Origin: Alphaproteobacteria bacterium
Lineage (GTDB): Bacteria; Pseudomonadota; Alphaproteobacteria; MPNO01
DNA length: 64,000 nucleotides
Reading direction: 5' to 3'
Assembly: GCA_964291675.2 (NCBI GenBank)
Contig: OZ219866.1
Span: 3,392,001-3,456,000, forward strand
How positions within the stretch are numbered: position 1 is the stretch's first letter; each line of letters starts with the position of its first letter. The position numbers and the translations under genes are program-made. Shown in pieces: positions 1 through 10,624 of the stretch. A model generated the notes under the pieces. That model saw only the letters and a list, made by a program, of their open reading frames with translations, was not told the DNA's origin and did no database searches.

Positions 1-734
1 TCGGACAGCGCGGCGAGCGCCTCGTCGTCGACCCGCGTGCCGATCAGCGCGGCGGCGGCCTCGTCGACCAGCAGCGCGCGTTCGGCGACCGCGCCGAGCG
101 CCACCCGTGCGGACGTGCACACCCCCGCCTCGTCCAGCGCAAGGTTGACGCCGACGCCGACCACCGCGATGTCCATCTCGGTGCGCGGGGTGAAGCGGAG
201 ATAGGCATCGCCCGAGCGCGGCCTGCGCTCCGGCAGGTCGAACGAGACCACGATCTCGCCGTCCGCCAGCGAGGTCCGGCCCGGCGCGGTCGCGATGTCC
301 TCGACCGGCACCGCGCGCCGCCCGTCCGGGCCGATGACCTGGGCGAGGGCGCCGGCCGCGATCAGCGCCGGTACGCTGTCGGCGGCGGGCGATGCGTTGC
401 ACAGATTGCCGCCGAGCGTCGCCCGGCCGCGGATCTGGATCGAGCCGATCAGCCTGGCGCCGTCGACGATCCCGGGCCAGGCGGCGTTGAAGCCTTCATG
501 CTCCATGATCTCCATGCCGGTGACCGCGGCGCCGAGGCGGAAGCGGCCGTCTTGCTCGGCGATCTCGCGCATCTCGGCGATGTTCTTGATATCGACCAGC
601 ACCGTCGGCTCGACCAGATCGGCGCGCATCTGGATCAACAGGTCGGTGCCGCCCGCCAGCACCCTCGCGGACCCGCCGGCCTCCGCCAGCAGCCTGGTCG
701 CCGCGTCCAGTGACGCCGGCGCTTCATAGCGCAT
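1..734 (-). CDS. Xanthine dehydrogenase/CO dehydrogenase family FAD-binding subunit (CoxM-like), truncated by the window edge
   Basis: Manual translation from ATG at 734: [12 protein letters not shown]...VLAGGTDLL...[24 protein letters not shown]; not in the ORF track because it runs off the window. Confidence 0.9.
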   Translation of the reverse strand, partial: MRYEAPASLDAATRLLAEAGGSARVLAGGTDLLIQMRADLVEPTVLVDIKNIAEMREIAEQDGRFRLGAAVTGMEIMEHEGFNAAWPGIVDGARLIGSIQIRGRATLGGNLCNASPAADSVPALIAAGALAQVIGPDGRRAVPVEDIATAPGRTSLADGEIVVSFDLPERRPRSGDAYLRFTPRTEMDIAVVGVGVNLALDEAGVCTSARVALGAVAERALLVDEAAAALIGTRVDDEALAALS

Positions 735-907
735 CCGATCCCGCCTCCTCGAGCCTTCAACGATGCCGGCCGCGACCGCGCCCGGGTCTGAGCAGTCATA
801 TACCGGGCCGGGCAAGGCGAGGAAAGTGCGGCGCTGGGCCGTGCGCGGCGGGACGGCGCGGTTCCGCACGAGCCCGATTTGCTCTAGGGTCCGCCGCCGG
901 AGGGGCC

Positions 908-2053
908 ATGGAATTCGGGCTTTCCGAGGAGCAGCAGCAATTCCGCGCGGCGGCGCGGGCCTTCGCCGCGGGCGAGCTGGCGCCGAACGCGGCGGCCTGG
1001 GACGAGGACTCGGTCTTCCCGGTCGATACGCTGCGCGCCGCCGCCGCGCTCGGCTTCGCCGGGCTCTATGTCGGCGAGGACGTGGGCGGTTCGGCCTGCC
1101 GGCGGCTCGACGCGGCGATCGTGCTGGAGGAGCTCGCCGCCGGCTGCACCTCGACGGCGGCCTATATCTCGATCCACAACATGGCCGCCTGGATGATCGA
1201 CGCCTTCGCGGGCGAGGACCGGCGCCACGCGTGGCTGCCGAAGCTCAATTCCATGGCGTGGTTCGCGAGCTACTGCCTGACCGAGCCCGGCAGCGGGTCG
1301 GATGCCGCCTCGCTGACCACGCGGGCCGAGCGCGACGGCGGGGACTACGTGCTCAACGGCGCCAAGGCGTTCATCTCGGGCGCCGGGAGCGCCGACCTCT
1401 ACGTCACCATGGCGCGCACCGGCACCGACGGTCCGGGCGGGATCACCTGCATCGGCGTCGAGGCCGGCACGCCCGGGCTCTCCTTCGGCGAGCAGGAGAA
1501 AAAGCTCGGCTGGCACTCCCAGCCCACCGCAATGGTCTATTTCGACGACTGCCGGGTGCCGGTGGCCCACCGCATCGGCGCCGAGGGGGAGGGGTTCCGC
1601 ATCGCCATGGCGGGGCTCGACGGCGGGCGGATCAATATCGGCGCGTGTTCGATCGGCGGCGCCCGGGCGTGCTACGAGGCGGCGCGGGCCTATGTCGGCG
1701 AGCGCCGGCAGTTCGGCCGCGCCATCGCCGACTTCCAGGCGACCCGGTTCAAGCTCGCCGACATGGCGACCGCGCTCGAATCGGCGCGGCTCATGGTGTG
1801 GCGCGCGGCGGCGGCGATCGACGAGGGCGAGGCGGACGCGACGCTCCGCTGCGCGATGGCCAAGCGCCTCGCCACCGATGCCGGGTTCGAGGTCTGCAAC
1901 GAGGCCCTGCAGCTGCATGGCGGGTACGGCTATCTTCGCGACCACGCGATCGAGCGCTACCTGCGCGATCTGCGCGTCCACCAGATCCTCGAAGGAACCA
2001 ACGAGATCATGCGGGTCATCATCGCCCGGCGCCTGCTGGCGGAAGCCCGATGA
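908..2053 (+). CDS. Acyl-CoA dehydrogenase (isobutyryl-CoA dehydrogenase-like)
   Basis: [50 protein letters not shown]; AGGGG RBS before ATG 908; valine-catabolism neighbours. Confidence 0.9.
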   Translation: MEFGLSEEQQQFRAAARAFAAGELAPNAAAWDEDSVFPVDTLRAAAALGFAGLYVGEDVGGSACRRLDAAIVLEELAAGCTSTAAYISIHNMAAWMIDAFAGEDRRHAWLPKLNSMAWFASYCLTEPGSGSDAASLTTRAERDGGDYVLNGAKAFISGAGSADLYVTMARTGTDGPGGITCIGVEAGTPGLSFGEQEKKLGWHSQPTAMVYFDDCRVPVAHRIGAEGEGFRIAMAGLDGGRINIGACSIGGARACYEAARAYVGERRQFGRAIADFQATRFKLADMATALESARLMVWRAAAAIDEGEADATLRCAMAKRLATDAGFEVCNEALQLHGGYGYLRDHAIERYLRDLRVHQILEGTNEIMRVIIARRLLAEAR

Positions 2054-3099
2054 CGGCGGACATCGCCTTCGCCGTCGAAGGCGGCATCGGCCGGGTCGAG
2101 CTCGACGCCCCCGCCACCTTCAACGCGCTCACGAGGGAGATGTGCATCGCCTTCCGCGCCCGCCTGCTCGAATGGGCCGACGAGCCCGCGATCGGCGCCG
2201 TCGTGGTGTCGGGCGCCGGCGAGCGCGCGTTCTGCGCCGGCGGCGACATCCGCGCGCTCTACGACTCCCGTCGCGCGGGCGACGGCACGGCCAGCACCTT
2301 CTTCTGGCACGAGTACCGGCTCGACCACGCGGTGCACGAATTCCCCAAGCCCTATGTCGCGCTGGTCGACGGCATCGTCATGGGCGGCGGGGTCGGCATA
2401 TCGGTGCACGGATCGCACCGGGTGATGACCGAGCGCACGATGTTCGCCATGCCGGAATGCGGCATCGGGCTGTTTCCCGATGTCGGGGCGACCGAGTTCT
2501 TGCCGCGCGCGCCGGGCGAGCTCGGCATGTATCTCGCGCTCACCGGGGCGCGGCTCAAGGCGGCGGACGCGATCCATGCCGGCATCGGCACCCACTTCAT
2601 GCCGAGCGCGACACTGCCCGCCTTCGTCGAACGCCTCGCCGCCGCCGACCTGTCGGAGGGCGAAGCGGCGGTCGATGCGGTCCTCGCCGAGTTCGCGGAG
2701 AATCCCGGGCCGGTGCAGCTCCGCGAGCATGCGAGGGCGATCGACCGCTGCTTCTCCGCCCCGACCGTGCAAGGGATAATCGACGCGCTGGAGGCCGAGG
2801 ACGGCTATTTCGCCATCGAGACGGCGGATACGCTGCGCACCAAGTCGCCGACCAGCATGCTGGTCACCCTCCGCCAGCTGCGCGGCGGCGGCGGGCTCGA
2901 TTTCGAATCCGCGATGCGCCGGGAGTACCGCATGGCGTGTGCCTTCCTCGCCGGGCACGATTTCTTCGAGGGTATCCGCGCCGCGGTGATCGACAAGGAC
3001 CGCAAGCCGCGCTGGGACCCGGCGCGGATCGAAGATGTCGGCGAGGCGGATGTCGAACGCTACTTCGCGCCGGTCGAGCGCGAGCTTGCCTTCGACTGA
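2050..3099 (+). CDS. 3-hydroxyisobutyryl-CoA hydrolase-like enoyl-CoA hydratase/isomerase
   Basis: [52 protein letters not shown]; ATGA overlap with the upstream gene. Confidence 0.9.
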   Translation: MTADIAFAVEGGIGRVELDAPATFNALTREMCIAFRARLLEWADEPAIGAVVVSGAGERAFCAGGDIRALYDSRRAGDGTASTFFWHEYRLDHAVHEFPKPYVALVDGIVMGGGVGISVHGSHRVMTERTMFAMPECGIGLFPDVGATEFLPRAPGELGMYLALTGARLKAADAIHAGIGTHFMPSATLPAFVERLAAADLSEGEAAVDAVLAEFAENPGPVQLREHARAIDRCFSAPTVQGIIDALEAEDGYFAIETADTLRTKSPTSMLVTLRQLRGGGGLDFESAMRREYRMACAFLAGHDFFEGIRAAVIDKDRKPRWDPARIEDVGEADVERYFAPVERELAFD

Positions 3100-3115
3100 C
3101 GGCGGGGGAGGGACG

Positions 3116-4006
3116 ATGGCGGAAATCGGATTCGTCGGGCTCGGCAATATGGGCCGGCCCATGGCTTGCCGGCTGATCGCGGCCGGCCACGCGGTGCAGG
3201 GCTTCGACGTGGCGGCGCCGGCGCGCGAGGCGGCCGGGGCGGCGGGAATCCCGCTGGCGGGCGACCTCGCGGCGGCGGCGGCGGGCGCGGACGCGGTGTT
3301 CACCATGCTGCCGGCGGGCGACCACGTACGCGCGGTCTATTGCGGCGCCGGCGGGCTGCTGGCCGAGGCGAACGGGGATGCGCTGCTGGTCGACTGCTCG
3401 ACGATCGACCTCGCGACCGCGCGCGCGGTGCACGGGGAGGCGGCGGGCAGGGGTTTCGCGATGCTGGACGCGCCGGTCTCCGGCGGGGTCGGCGGCGCCG
3501 AGGCGGGCACGCTCACCTTCATGGTCGGCGGGGCCGAAGACGCCGTCGCCCGCGGCGAGCCCCTGATGGCGGCGATGGGGCGCAACGTCGTGCACGCCGG
3601 CGGGGCGGGCAACGGCCAGGCGGCGAAGATGTGCAACAACATGGTGCTCGGGGTCTCGATGATCGCCGTCTCGGAGGCCTTCGCGCTCGCCGAGCGGGTC
3701 GGGCTCGACGCCCGGACCCTGTTCGACATCATGTCGACCGCCTCGGGGCAGTGCTGGTCGCTCACCAGCTACTGCCCGGTGCCGGGACCGGTGCCCTCGT
3801 CGCCCGCCAACCGCGACTACCGGGCGGGGTTCACCGCGGCGATGATGCTGAAGGACCTCAGGCTCGCGCGCGGCGCCGCCCAGGCGAACGACGCCAACAC
3901 CCCGCTCGGCAGCCACGCCGCCGCGCTCTACGAGCAGTACTGCGCCGACGGCGGGGAGGCGTCCGACTTCTCCGGCATCGTCCGCATGCTGCGGGGCGGG
4001 GGGTAG
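3116..4006 (+). CDS. mmsB: 3-hydroxyisobutyrate dehydrogenase
   Basis: IGFVGLGNMGRPMA, LDAPVSGGVGGAEAGTLTFMVGG, AAKMCNNM, SGQCWSLTSYCPVPGPVPSSPAN. Confidence 0.92.
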   Translation: MAEIGFVGLGNMGRPMACRLIAAGHAVQGFDVAAPAREAAGAAGIPLAGDLAAAAAGADAVFTMLPAGDHVRAVYCGAGGLLAEANGDALLVDCSTIDLATARAVHGEAAGRGFAMLDAPVSGGVGGAEAGTLTFMVGGAEDAVARGEPLMAAMGRNVVHAGGAGNGQAAKMCNNMVLGVSMIAVSEAFALAERVGLDARTLFDIMSTASGQCWSLTSYCPVPGPVPSSPANRDYRAGFTAAMMLKDLRLARGAAQANDANTPLGSHAAALYEQYCADGGEASDFSGIVRMLRGGG

Positions 4007-4009
4007 CGT

Positions 4010-4104
4010 CCCCACCACGTCGTGGCCGGACCCGTTCCGGCCATCCACGCCGCCGGCCGCTCGCAAGAGATGCCCGGAAAAAGTCCGGGCATGACGTGGT
4101 GGGG
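4010..4104. repeat. REP-like palindromic element, family A (GTCATGsCCGGACTTGwTCCGGsCAyCCA), inverted pair
   Basis: CCCCACCACGTCGTGGCCGGA...TCCGGGCATGACGTGGTGGGG; related units at 16208-16298 and 58291-58512. Confidence 0.8.
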
Positions 4105-4189
4105 CCGTATCGAGGGGCCGCCGGTTGACACCGCCCGCGGGCGTTTCGATAGTCGCGCGCGCCAAGGACTCCTCGCACCCGGACTGGAC

Positions 4190-6274
4190 ATGGCGGAACC
4201 GGAAATTCCCGGCGGGCTCAGGCTCGCCGCCGATATCGGCGGCACGTTCACCGACATCGCCGCCTTCGACGCGGCGAGCGGAACGCTGCGGCTCGGCAAG
4301 GCGCCGTCGACGCCGGCGCATCTGGTGGACGGCATCGCCGCCGGGGTGGAGCGCGCCGGTGTCGCGTTCTCCGACGCGGCGTTGTTCCTGCACGGCTCGA
4401 CCATCGCCATCAACACCATGCTGGAACGCACCGGCGCGCGCGCCGCGCTGGTGATCACCAAGGGGTTCCGCGACATCTACGAGATCGGCCGGGTCAACCG
4501 GCCGGATTCCTACAATTTGTTCTTCAAGAAGCACCGCCCGCTGATCGAGCGCGCGATGTGCTTCGAGCTCGACGAGCGCATGCTCGCCGAGGGCGAGGCG
4601 CTGACCCCGCTCGACGAGGACGAGGTGCGCGCGCTCGGCCAACGCCTCGCCGGGCTCGATGTCGAGGCGGTGGCGATCCTGCTCCTGCACAGCTACCGCA
4701 ACCCCGACCACGAGAGGCGGACCAAGGCGATCCTCGAATCCTGCCTGCCGGGCGCGTTCGTCACGGCGTCGTGCGAGCTGTCGCAGGAGTACCGCGAGTT
4801 CGAACGCTGCTCGACGGTCGCCGCCAACGCCTATATCGGCCCCGGCGTCAGGCGCTATCTGGGCGAGATCGGCGACCACCTCGAGGCGCAATCCTTCCCC
4901 GGCGCCTTCCTCGTGGTGCAGTCGACCGGCGGGCTCTACGACGTGGCCCAGGCGCGGCGGGACTGCGTCCACATGCTCGAATCGGGACCGGCGGCGGGCG
5001 TCATCGCCGGCCGCGCGCTGGCCCGCGCCGCCGGGATCGGGAACGCGATCACCTTCGACATGGGCGGGACCACGGCCAAGTCGGGGGTGATATACGGCGG
5101 CGAGGCGCTGACCACGGGAAGTGCCAAGATCGGCGGCTACGAGCAGGGCCTGCCGGTGCAGATCGCGATGATGGACATCTTCGAGGTCGGCACCGGCGGC
5201 GGGTCGATCGCGCGGGCCGACTCGCAGGGCGCGCTCCGCGTCGGGCCGGAGAGCGCCGGCGCGAGCCCGGGTCCGGCCTGCTACGGCGCCGGAGGAACCC
5301 GGGCCACGGTGACCGACGCCAACCTGGTGCTCGGCCGGATCGCCGCCGACCGCTTCCTCGGCGGCGCGATGACGCTCGATTCCGCGGCCGCGCTCGAGGC
5401 GATGAAATCGGGCGTCGCCGATCCGCTCGGCATGGACCCGGTCGAGGCCGCCGCCGGCGTGCTGCAGATCGCCGCCACCGCGATGTCGTTCGCGGTCAAG
5501 GGCGTGTCGACCGAGCGCGGGCTCGACGCCGGCGCGTTCGCCCTCGTCGCCTGCGGCGGCGCCGGGCCGCTGCACGCAAGCGCGGTGGCGCGCGAGATCG
5601 GCATGCGGGAGATCGTCGTCCCGCCGGCGCCCGGCCATTTCTCGGCGATCGGCATGCTGCACGCCGATTTGCGCTACGACTACGTGCGCACCTGGTTCGC
5701 CCGCCTCGCCGAGGCGCCGCTGGAAGAGATCGAGCGGCTCTACGCCGAGATGGAGGCGGACGGAAGGGCCGCGGTCGCCGCCACCGGCGCGGCCGTCTCG
5801 GAGATCGTCGTCGGGCGCGCCGCCGACATGCGCTATGTCGGACAGGAGCACGCGGTGACGGTCGATTTGCCGGCCGCGCTGTTCGCTGCCGGCGACCGGG
5901 CGGCGATCAAGCGGCGCTTCGACGAGGTGCACGGCATCCGCTACGGCACCTCGGCGCCGGACGAGCCGGCCGAGCTGGTGAGCTTGCGCATGACGGTGTC
6001 CGGCCTCCTGCCCAAGCCGCCGATGGTGCAGGGCGGCGCGGGCGGCACGGCCGATCCGGCGCCGTTCGAGACGCGGCGCATCTATTTCTCCGAGACCGGC
6101 GGCTTCGTCGCCACCCCGGTCTATGCAAGGGCCGGGCTCGGCGCCGGTGCGGCGCTCGACGGCCCGGCGGTGATCGAGGAGGCGGCATCGACCACGCTGC
6201 TGCTGCCGGGCGACAGGCTCGGCGTCGACGAGCACGGCAATCTCCGGATCCGGGTGGGGGCCGGCGGGCGATGA
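4190..6274 (+). CDS. Hydantoinase/5-oxoprolinase family subunit A
   Basis: [56 protein letters not shown]. Confidence 0.93.
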   Translation: MAEPEIPGGLRLAADIGGTFTDIAAFDAASGTLRLGKAPSTPAHLVDGIAAGVERAGVAFSDAALFLHGSTIAINTMLERTGARAALVITKGFRDIYEIGRVNRPDSYNLFFKKHRPLIERAMCFELDERMLAEGEALTPLDEDEVRALGQRLAGLDVEAVAILLLHSYRNPDHERRTKAILESCLPGAFVTASCELSQEYREFERCSTVAANAYIGPGVRRYLGEIGDHLEAQSFPGAFLVVQSTGGLYDVAQARRDCVHMLESGPAAGVIAGRALARAAGIGNAITFDMGGTTAKSGVIYGGEALTTGSAKIGGYEQGLPVQIAMMDIFEVGTGGGSIARADSQGALRVGPESAGASPGPACYGAGGTRATVTDANLVLGRIAADRFLGGAMTLDSAAALEAMKSGVADPLGMDPVEAAAGVLQIAATAMSFAVKGVSTERGLDAGAFALVACGGAGPLHASAVAREIGMREIVVPPAPGHFSAIGMLHADLRYDYVRTWFARLAEAPLEEIERLYAEMEADGRAAVAATGAAVSEIVVGRAADMRYVGQEHAVTVDLPAALFAAGDRAAIKRRFDEVHGIRYGTSAPDEPAELVSLRMTVSGLLPKPPMVQGGAGGTADPAPFETRRIYFSETGGFVATPVYARAGLGAGAALDGPAVIEEAASTTLLLPGDRLGVDEHGNLRIRVGAGGR

Positions 6275-8118
6275 GCGGAGCCTCGCCCGACCCGGTGGTC
6301 ACCGAGCTGGTGCGGGGCGGCGTCATCGCCATCACCGAGGAGATGAAGACCAACCTCACCCGCACCGCCTACAACATGATCATCTACGAGGCGCTCGACT
6401 TCACCGTCGGGCTGTTCACCGCCGAGGGCGAGACGGTCTCCATCGGGCTCGGCCTGCCGATGTTCATCCGCGGCATGGCCGAGACGGTGAAGGCGAAGCT
6501 CCGGCATTTCGGCGCCGACATCGGGCCGGGCGACATATTGCTCACCAACGACGCCTATATCACCGGCAGCCATCTCAACCACCTGACCTTCTCGATGCCG
6601 GTGTTCGACGACGGCGCGCTGGTCGGCTTCGCCGTCTGCATGGCGCACTGGCCCGATATCGGCGGCACGCTCGACGGCATGACCACCGACATCTACTCGG
6701 AAGGCCTGCAGATCCCGATCCTCAAATACCAGCGGGCCGGCGTCGTCAACCGGGACCTGCTCGACATCCTGCGCATGAACGTCCGCCTGCCGGACCGCGC
6801 GATGGGCGATCTCCGCGCCCAGCTCACCGCGATCTCCAGCGGCGAGCGGCGCTTCCTCGAGCTGATCCGCCGCTACGGGCGGGACGAGGTGCTCGGCGCC
6901 ATCGCGTCGATCATGGACCAGTCCGAACGGGCGGCGCGGGAGCGCACGCTGGCGATCCCGGACGGCGTCTACGAGGCCGAGTCCTTCATGGACGACGACG
7001 GGGTCGATATCGCCGAGCCGGTGCCGATCCGCGTCCGGGTGACCGTTGCGGGGGACAGGATGACGGTCGACCTCTCCCATGTCTCCGAGCAGGTCAAGGG
7101 GTTCTATAACTCGGGCGTGACCACCGGGCACGCCTGTTCCCAGGTCGCCTTCAAGTGCCTGACCTCGCCGACCGACTACCCGATCAACGACGGCAGCTTC
7201 CGCAACCTCGACGTGGTCATCCCGATGGGCCGCGTGGTCAGCGCCGAGAAGCCGGCGCCGATGCGCTGGTGGATGACCTTTCCGATGACCATCGTCGATA
7301 CCGTGTTCAAGGCGCTGGCCCCGGCGATCCCCGAGCGCATCGTCGCCGGGCACCACGCCGATCTGATCATCGGCATGCTGAACGGGGTCAACCCGGCGAC
7401 GGAGGAGTTTTATATCGCCTTCATCGGCCCGACCGGCGGCGGCTGGGGCGCCAAGCAGGCGGAGGACGGCAACTCGGCCACCATCTGCATGAACGACGGC
7501 GACACCCACAACAGCCCGGTCGAGCAGTTGGAGGCCAAGTACCCGCTGCTGTTCGAGGCGCATGCGCTGCGCCCGGATTCCTGCGGCGCCGGGCGCAGGC
7601 GCGGCGGGCTCGGGATCGAGAACGTGGTGCAGGCGCGCGCCCCGCTCACCGTCAACACCCAGATCGACCGCGTGCATTGCCGGCCCTGGGGGCTCGCCGG
7701 CGGGCTGGATGCGATGGGCAATCGGGTGGCGCTCCGCCGCGACGGCGCCTGGCGCGAGGATTTTCCCAACGCCAAGGTGCTCACCGCCCGCCTCGCCGCC
7801 GGCGAGGCGTTCGCGCTGCGATCGGGCGGCGGCGGCGGGTTCGGCCCGCCGCTGGAGCGACCCGTCGAGGCGGTGGCGCACGATTTGCGCCAGGGCTACG
7901 TCACGCCCGAGGCCGCGTTCCGCGACTACGGCGTGGTGTGCGACGCCGCGACGCTGGCGGTCGACACGGCGGCGTCGGAGAGGATCCGCGCCGCCAAGGC
8001 GACGCTCGCCGGGGCGGGCGAGCCGTCCCTCGATACGGCCCCTGCGGGGCCTACTCGGGATGAGGAAGTGTTTTCTGGGCGTGAGCGCTTATCCGCCCCA
8101 GCCAAACCCTCATCCTGA
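6271..8118 (+). CDS. Hydantoinase/5-oxoprolinase family subunit B
   Basis: NDAYITGSHLNH, AHWPDIGG, DIYSEGLQIP, GAGRRRGGLG, GGGGGFGPPLER; ATGA overlap; last ~32 codons derive from a repeat. Confidence 0.92.
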   Translation: MSGASPDPVVTELVRGGVIAITEEMKTNLTRTAYNMIIYEALDFTVGLFTAEGETVSIGLGLPMFIRGMAETVKAKLRHFGADIGPGDILLTNDAYITGSHLNHLTFSMPVFDDGALVGFAVCMAHWPDIGGTLDGMTTDIYSEGLQIPILKYQRAGVVNRDLLDILRMNVRLPDRAMGDLRAQLTAISSGERRFLELIRRYGRDEVLGAIASIMDQSERAARERTLAIPDGVYEAESFMDDDGVDIAEPVPIRVRVTVAGDRMTVDLSHVSEQVKGFYNSGVTTGHACSQVAFKCLTSPTDYPINDGSFRNLDVVIPMGRVVSAEKPAPMRWWMTFPMTIVDTVFKALAPAIPERIVAGHHADLIIGMLNGVNPATEEFYIAFIGPTGGGWGAKQAEDGNSATICMNDGDTHNSPVEQLEAKYPLLFEAHALRPDSCGAGRRRGGLGIENVVQARAPLTVNTQIDRVHCRPWGLAGGLDAMGNRVALRRDGAWREDFPNAKVLTARLAAGEAFALRSGGGGGFGPPLERPVEAVAHDLRQGYVTPEAAFRDYGVVCDAATLAVDTAASERIRAAKATLAGAGEPSLDTAPAGPTRDEEVFSGRERLSAPAKPSS

Positions 8119-8150
8119 GTAGCCCCCGCAGGGGGCGTATCGAAGGACGG
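8023..8150. repeat. Palindromic repeat, family B (CCGTCCyTCGATACG...CTACTCrGGATGAGG / CCTCATCCTGAGTAG...CGTATCGAAGGACGG)
   Basis: Two ~43-bp inverted arms, each with an internal hairpin; partial copy CCGTCCTTCGATACGG near 58229. Confidence 0.8.
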
Positions 8151-8161
8151 GCCGAGACACC

Positions 8162-8461
8162 CTAAAACCCCGCCTGCGCGGCCGGCTTGATGGCGATCGC
8201 GAAGCTCGCCCCGGTGCCGCCGCAGCACGGGCAGGCGATAGAGTCGAAGATCTCGCGGCGCCGCTCGGGCGCGATGCCGGTGTCGGCCAGCAGCTCCTCG
8301 ACCTGGCGGCGGATCGCCGCGTGGATCGGGTCCGGCGGGTTCTCGGCGGCCGGCGGGGCGTCGTCCGGCGGGCGTCGTTCGGCCTCCCGGGCGGCGTGCC
8401 AGAGCGCGCGGAACGGGCCGGTGAGGTTGAGGTGGCGCCGGTCGTCGATCCCGCCCGGCAC
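8162..8461 (-). CDS. Hypothetical 99-aa protein with C-terminal CPCCGG motif
   Basis: GTG start 2 nt after the stop of the upstream decarboxylase subunit; ...EIFDSIACPCCGGTGASF. Confidence 0.55.
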   Translation of the reverse strand: MPGGIDDRRHLNLTGPFRALWHAAREAERRPPDDAPPAAENPPDPIHAAIRRQVEELLADTGIAPERRREIFDSIACPCCGGTGASFAIAIKPAAQAGF

Positions 8462-8463
8462 GG

Positions 8464-9075
8464 TCAGTTCTGCGGCGCGCCGGGGTGGATGACCACCCCT
8501 TCCAGCCGCTCGACATAGCGCAGGAAGCGGTACTTGTCCTCGATCCCGTCGGTCGGCTTGCGGTCCTCCCACTTCCAGGGGTGCTTGCCGGGCTCGATCC
8601 TGGCGACCAGGTAGCCCATCTCGCCGTCGCCCAGCATCGCGGCGAAGCGTTCGGCAAGCGTCTCCGGGTCGCGCACCGTCTCGCAGTTGAGGCAGCCGGC
8701 GCCGTCGGCCATGCGCGCGAGGTCGGTGTTGCGCGAGGTCAGCGTCGGCGGCCCGCCGATGTTCTCGTAGATCCCGTTGTCGAACACCAGCACCGTCAGG
8801 TTGGGCGGGCGCTCGGCGCCCAGGGTGCAAAGGATGCCGGTGTTCATCAGCATCGAGCCGTCGCTCTCGAAAGCGACGATGCGGCGATGCGGCAGCGAGA
8901 CCGCGAGCCCGAGCGCGGTCGAGGTCACCGAGCCCAGCACGCCGGTGAAGAAGGTGTTGTCGGCGTCGGGCTTCAGATTCCACCAGTCGTCCCAGGTGGC
9001 GCCGATCGAGGTGGTCACCAGATCCTCCGCCGTTATCAGCGGCGCGATGGCGCGGAAGGCCTCAATCCGCTGCAT
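8464..9075 (-). CDS. ThDP-dependent decarboxylase beta subunit (sulfopyruvate/phosphonopyruvate decarboxylase ComE-like)
   Basis: ThDP motif variant ESDGSMLMN...VFDNGIYENIGG; paired with an alpha subunit. Confidence 0.8.
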   Translation of the reverse strand: MQRIEAFRAIAPLITAEDLVTTSIGATWDDWWNLKPDADNTFFTGVLGSVTSTALGLAVSLPHRRIVAFESDGSMLMNTGILCTLGAERPPNLTVLVFDNGIYENIGGPPTLTSRNTDLARMADGAGCLNCETVRDPETLAERFAAMLGDGEMGYLVARIEPGKHPWKWEDRKPTDGIEDKYRFLRYVERLEGVVIHPGAPQN

Positions 9076-9595
9076 AGGCGGGGCGCTCCACGCAGTTGCC
9101 CGAGAACACCAGCGCGACCGGCCAGTTGCTGCCGTCGGCGTGCTTGAAGGCGCGCCCGATCGCCGGCTTGATGTCCGCCGTCTCGGTGACGAAGCGGTAC
9201 GGGATGCGGAGCGAATCCAGGATCGGCGCCATGGTCTGGGCGTGGTTGTGGCCCCACCAGTTCTGCTCGCCCCATTCGCCGCGATAGCTCATGGCCATCA
9301 CCATCGGCAGCGCGTGCTGGAAGGCGAGCCGCGCCACCGGCTCGCAGCACTGGCGGATGCCGGAGTTCTCCATGATCATCAGCGCCCGCCTGCCGGCGAG
9401 ATAGGTGCCGGCGCAGATCCCCGGCATGTCGCCCTCGTTGGAGACCTGGATGTAGCGGATCGCGTTGTCCGCCGCGCACAGCCGGTAGACGCTGGCGAGC
9501 AGCGATTCGGGGAGCGCGGTCACGACCCCGACATCGGCTTCCTTGAGCCCCTCGACGAACAGCCTGGCGTATTCGGGGACCGCCTCGCCGGTCAT
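9062..9595 (-). CDS. ThDP-dependent decarboxylase alpha subunit (ComD-like)
   Basis: ALPESLL, VSNEGDMPGICAGTYLAG, MENSG, SYRGEWGEQNWW. Confidence 0.8.
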   Translation of the reverse strand: MTGEAVPEYARLFVEGLKEADVGVVTALPESLLASVYRLCAADNAIRYIQVSNEGDMPGICAGTYLAGRRALMIMENSGIRQCCEPVARLAFQHALPMVMAMSYRGEWGEQNWWGHNHAQTMAPILDSLRIPYRFVTETADIKPAIGRAFKHADGSNWPVALVFSGNCVERPAYAAD

Positions 9596-10044
9596 GCGGC
9601 GCTCCCCTCGGCCTTCTCGCGAAAATTGTCGGCGAAGGCGCGGCCGATGTCGCGCGCCTTCTTCTTCATCACGCCGAGCCCGAACTTGCCGAGCCGGCCG
9701 AACACCGAGACGTCGGAGGCGTAGGCGATCTCGGTGCCGCCCTCGACCTCCGAGAGGGTGAGCGTGCTGGTCGCGTTGAGCGTGCTGGCCCGGCCGCCCT
9801 CCTCGCCCTTGGTGGCGGAGGAGGCGAAATGGGGTGGCCGTTCCTCGGTCTTCTCGACGGTGACGGAGAACGTGGTCTTGATCGGCCCCACCGCGACCCT
9901 GATGTCGGCCTTGTAGGTGGCAGGCCCGGTCACCTCGATCCCCTGGCAGCCCGGGATGCACGGCCCCACCACCTCGGGGTCGGTGATCATCGACCACACG
10001 CGTTGAAGCGGCGCATCAACGACAAAGCTGTCCGCGACCTGCAA
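9592..10044 (-). CDS. CoxG/SRPBCC family protein
   Basis: VWSMITDPEVVGPCIPGC, FGRLGKFGLGVMKKKA; TTG start with GGAGG RBS. Confidence 0.85.
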   Translation of the reverse strand: MQVADSFVVDAPLQRVWSMITDPEVVGPCIPGCQGIEVTGPATYKADIRVAVGPIKTTFSVTVEKTEERPPHFASSATKGEEGGRASTLNATSTLTLSEVEGGTEIAYASDVSVFGRLGKFGLGVMKKKARDIGRAFADNFREKAEGSAA

Positions 10045-10129
10045 TCCCGTTCCTCCCCCGTTGCCGGCATCCTATGGGCGGTCCGGCGGGGCCGCAACCG
10101 AAGGGGCGATTCGCCTCGATGCGGGGGAA

Positions 10130-10624
10130 CTAGACGTCCAGAGCAGTGCGCAGGGCGGCCGGCAACTCGACGATCGGCGCCATCTCGTCCAGCCGCTTTG
10201 TGAGCTTGTAGGTCACTCCCTGCCCCTCCGCCATTCGAACCAGACGACCGGCGCGATTCTCTGCGACTTCGCCCTTGCGCCACATGTTGAAGACGATTTC
10301 GTGGGGGCAGATTCCAAGGCACAACAGGTAGTCGTAGTCCCGGTCGAGGCGGACATGGTTGAACTGGAATGCACGTTTGGCTCCGAGAGAAGCGGTTTTG
10401 ACTTCGAACCGGCCGGTTCCAATTCTGAGATCCAAAGGGGAGGTTCGCCCGCCATTGGTCACCGGGATATCGTGGGCTCTCACGTAGCGCCGGATGAACT
10501 CTTCCCCGATTTCCCCGCGGTTGGTGTTGCCGAGCAGACGGTACCCGATCAGTGGAGAGTTCTGCCAAATGTCCTCGGGCGCGTGTTCATCGATGACTTG
10601 GACCAGCAATTCGATAGGGTTCAT
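10130..10624 (-). CDS. Putative PD-(D/E)xK restriction-endonuclease-like protein
   Basis: RGEIGEEF...SPLDLRIGTGRFEVKTAS...FQFNHVRLDRDYD; ATGA overlap with the MTase stop; lower GC than flanks. Confidence 0.65.
   Translation of the reverse strand: MNPIELLVQVIDEHAPEDIWQNSPLIGYRLLGNTNRGEIGEEFIRRYVRAHDIPVTNGGRTSPLDLRIGTGRFEVKTASLGAKRAFQFNHVRLDRDYDYLLCLGICPHEIVFNMWRKGEVAENRAGRLVRMAEGQGVTYKLTKRLDEMAPIVELPAALRTALDV

Noticed and set aside
2864-6235. Very long alternative-frame or antisense ORFs (also 36279-39923 upstream part, 58437-61277, 18597-21014 and others)
   Set aside because: Shadow ORFs expected at ~70% GC; Arg/Gly/Pro-rich without motifs and overlapping well-supported genes.
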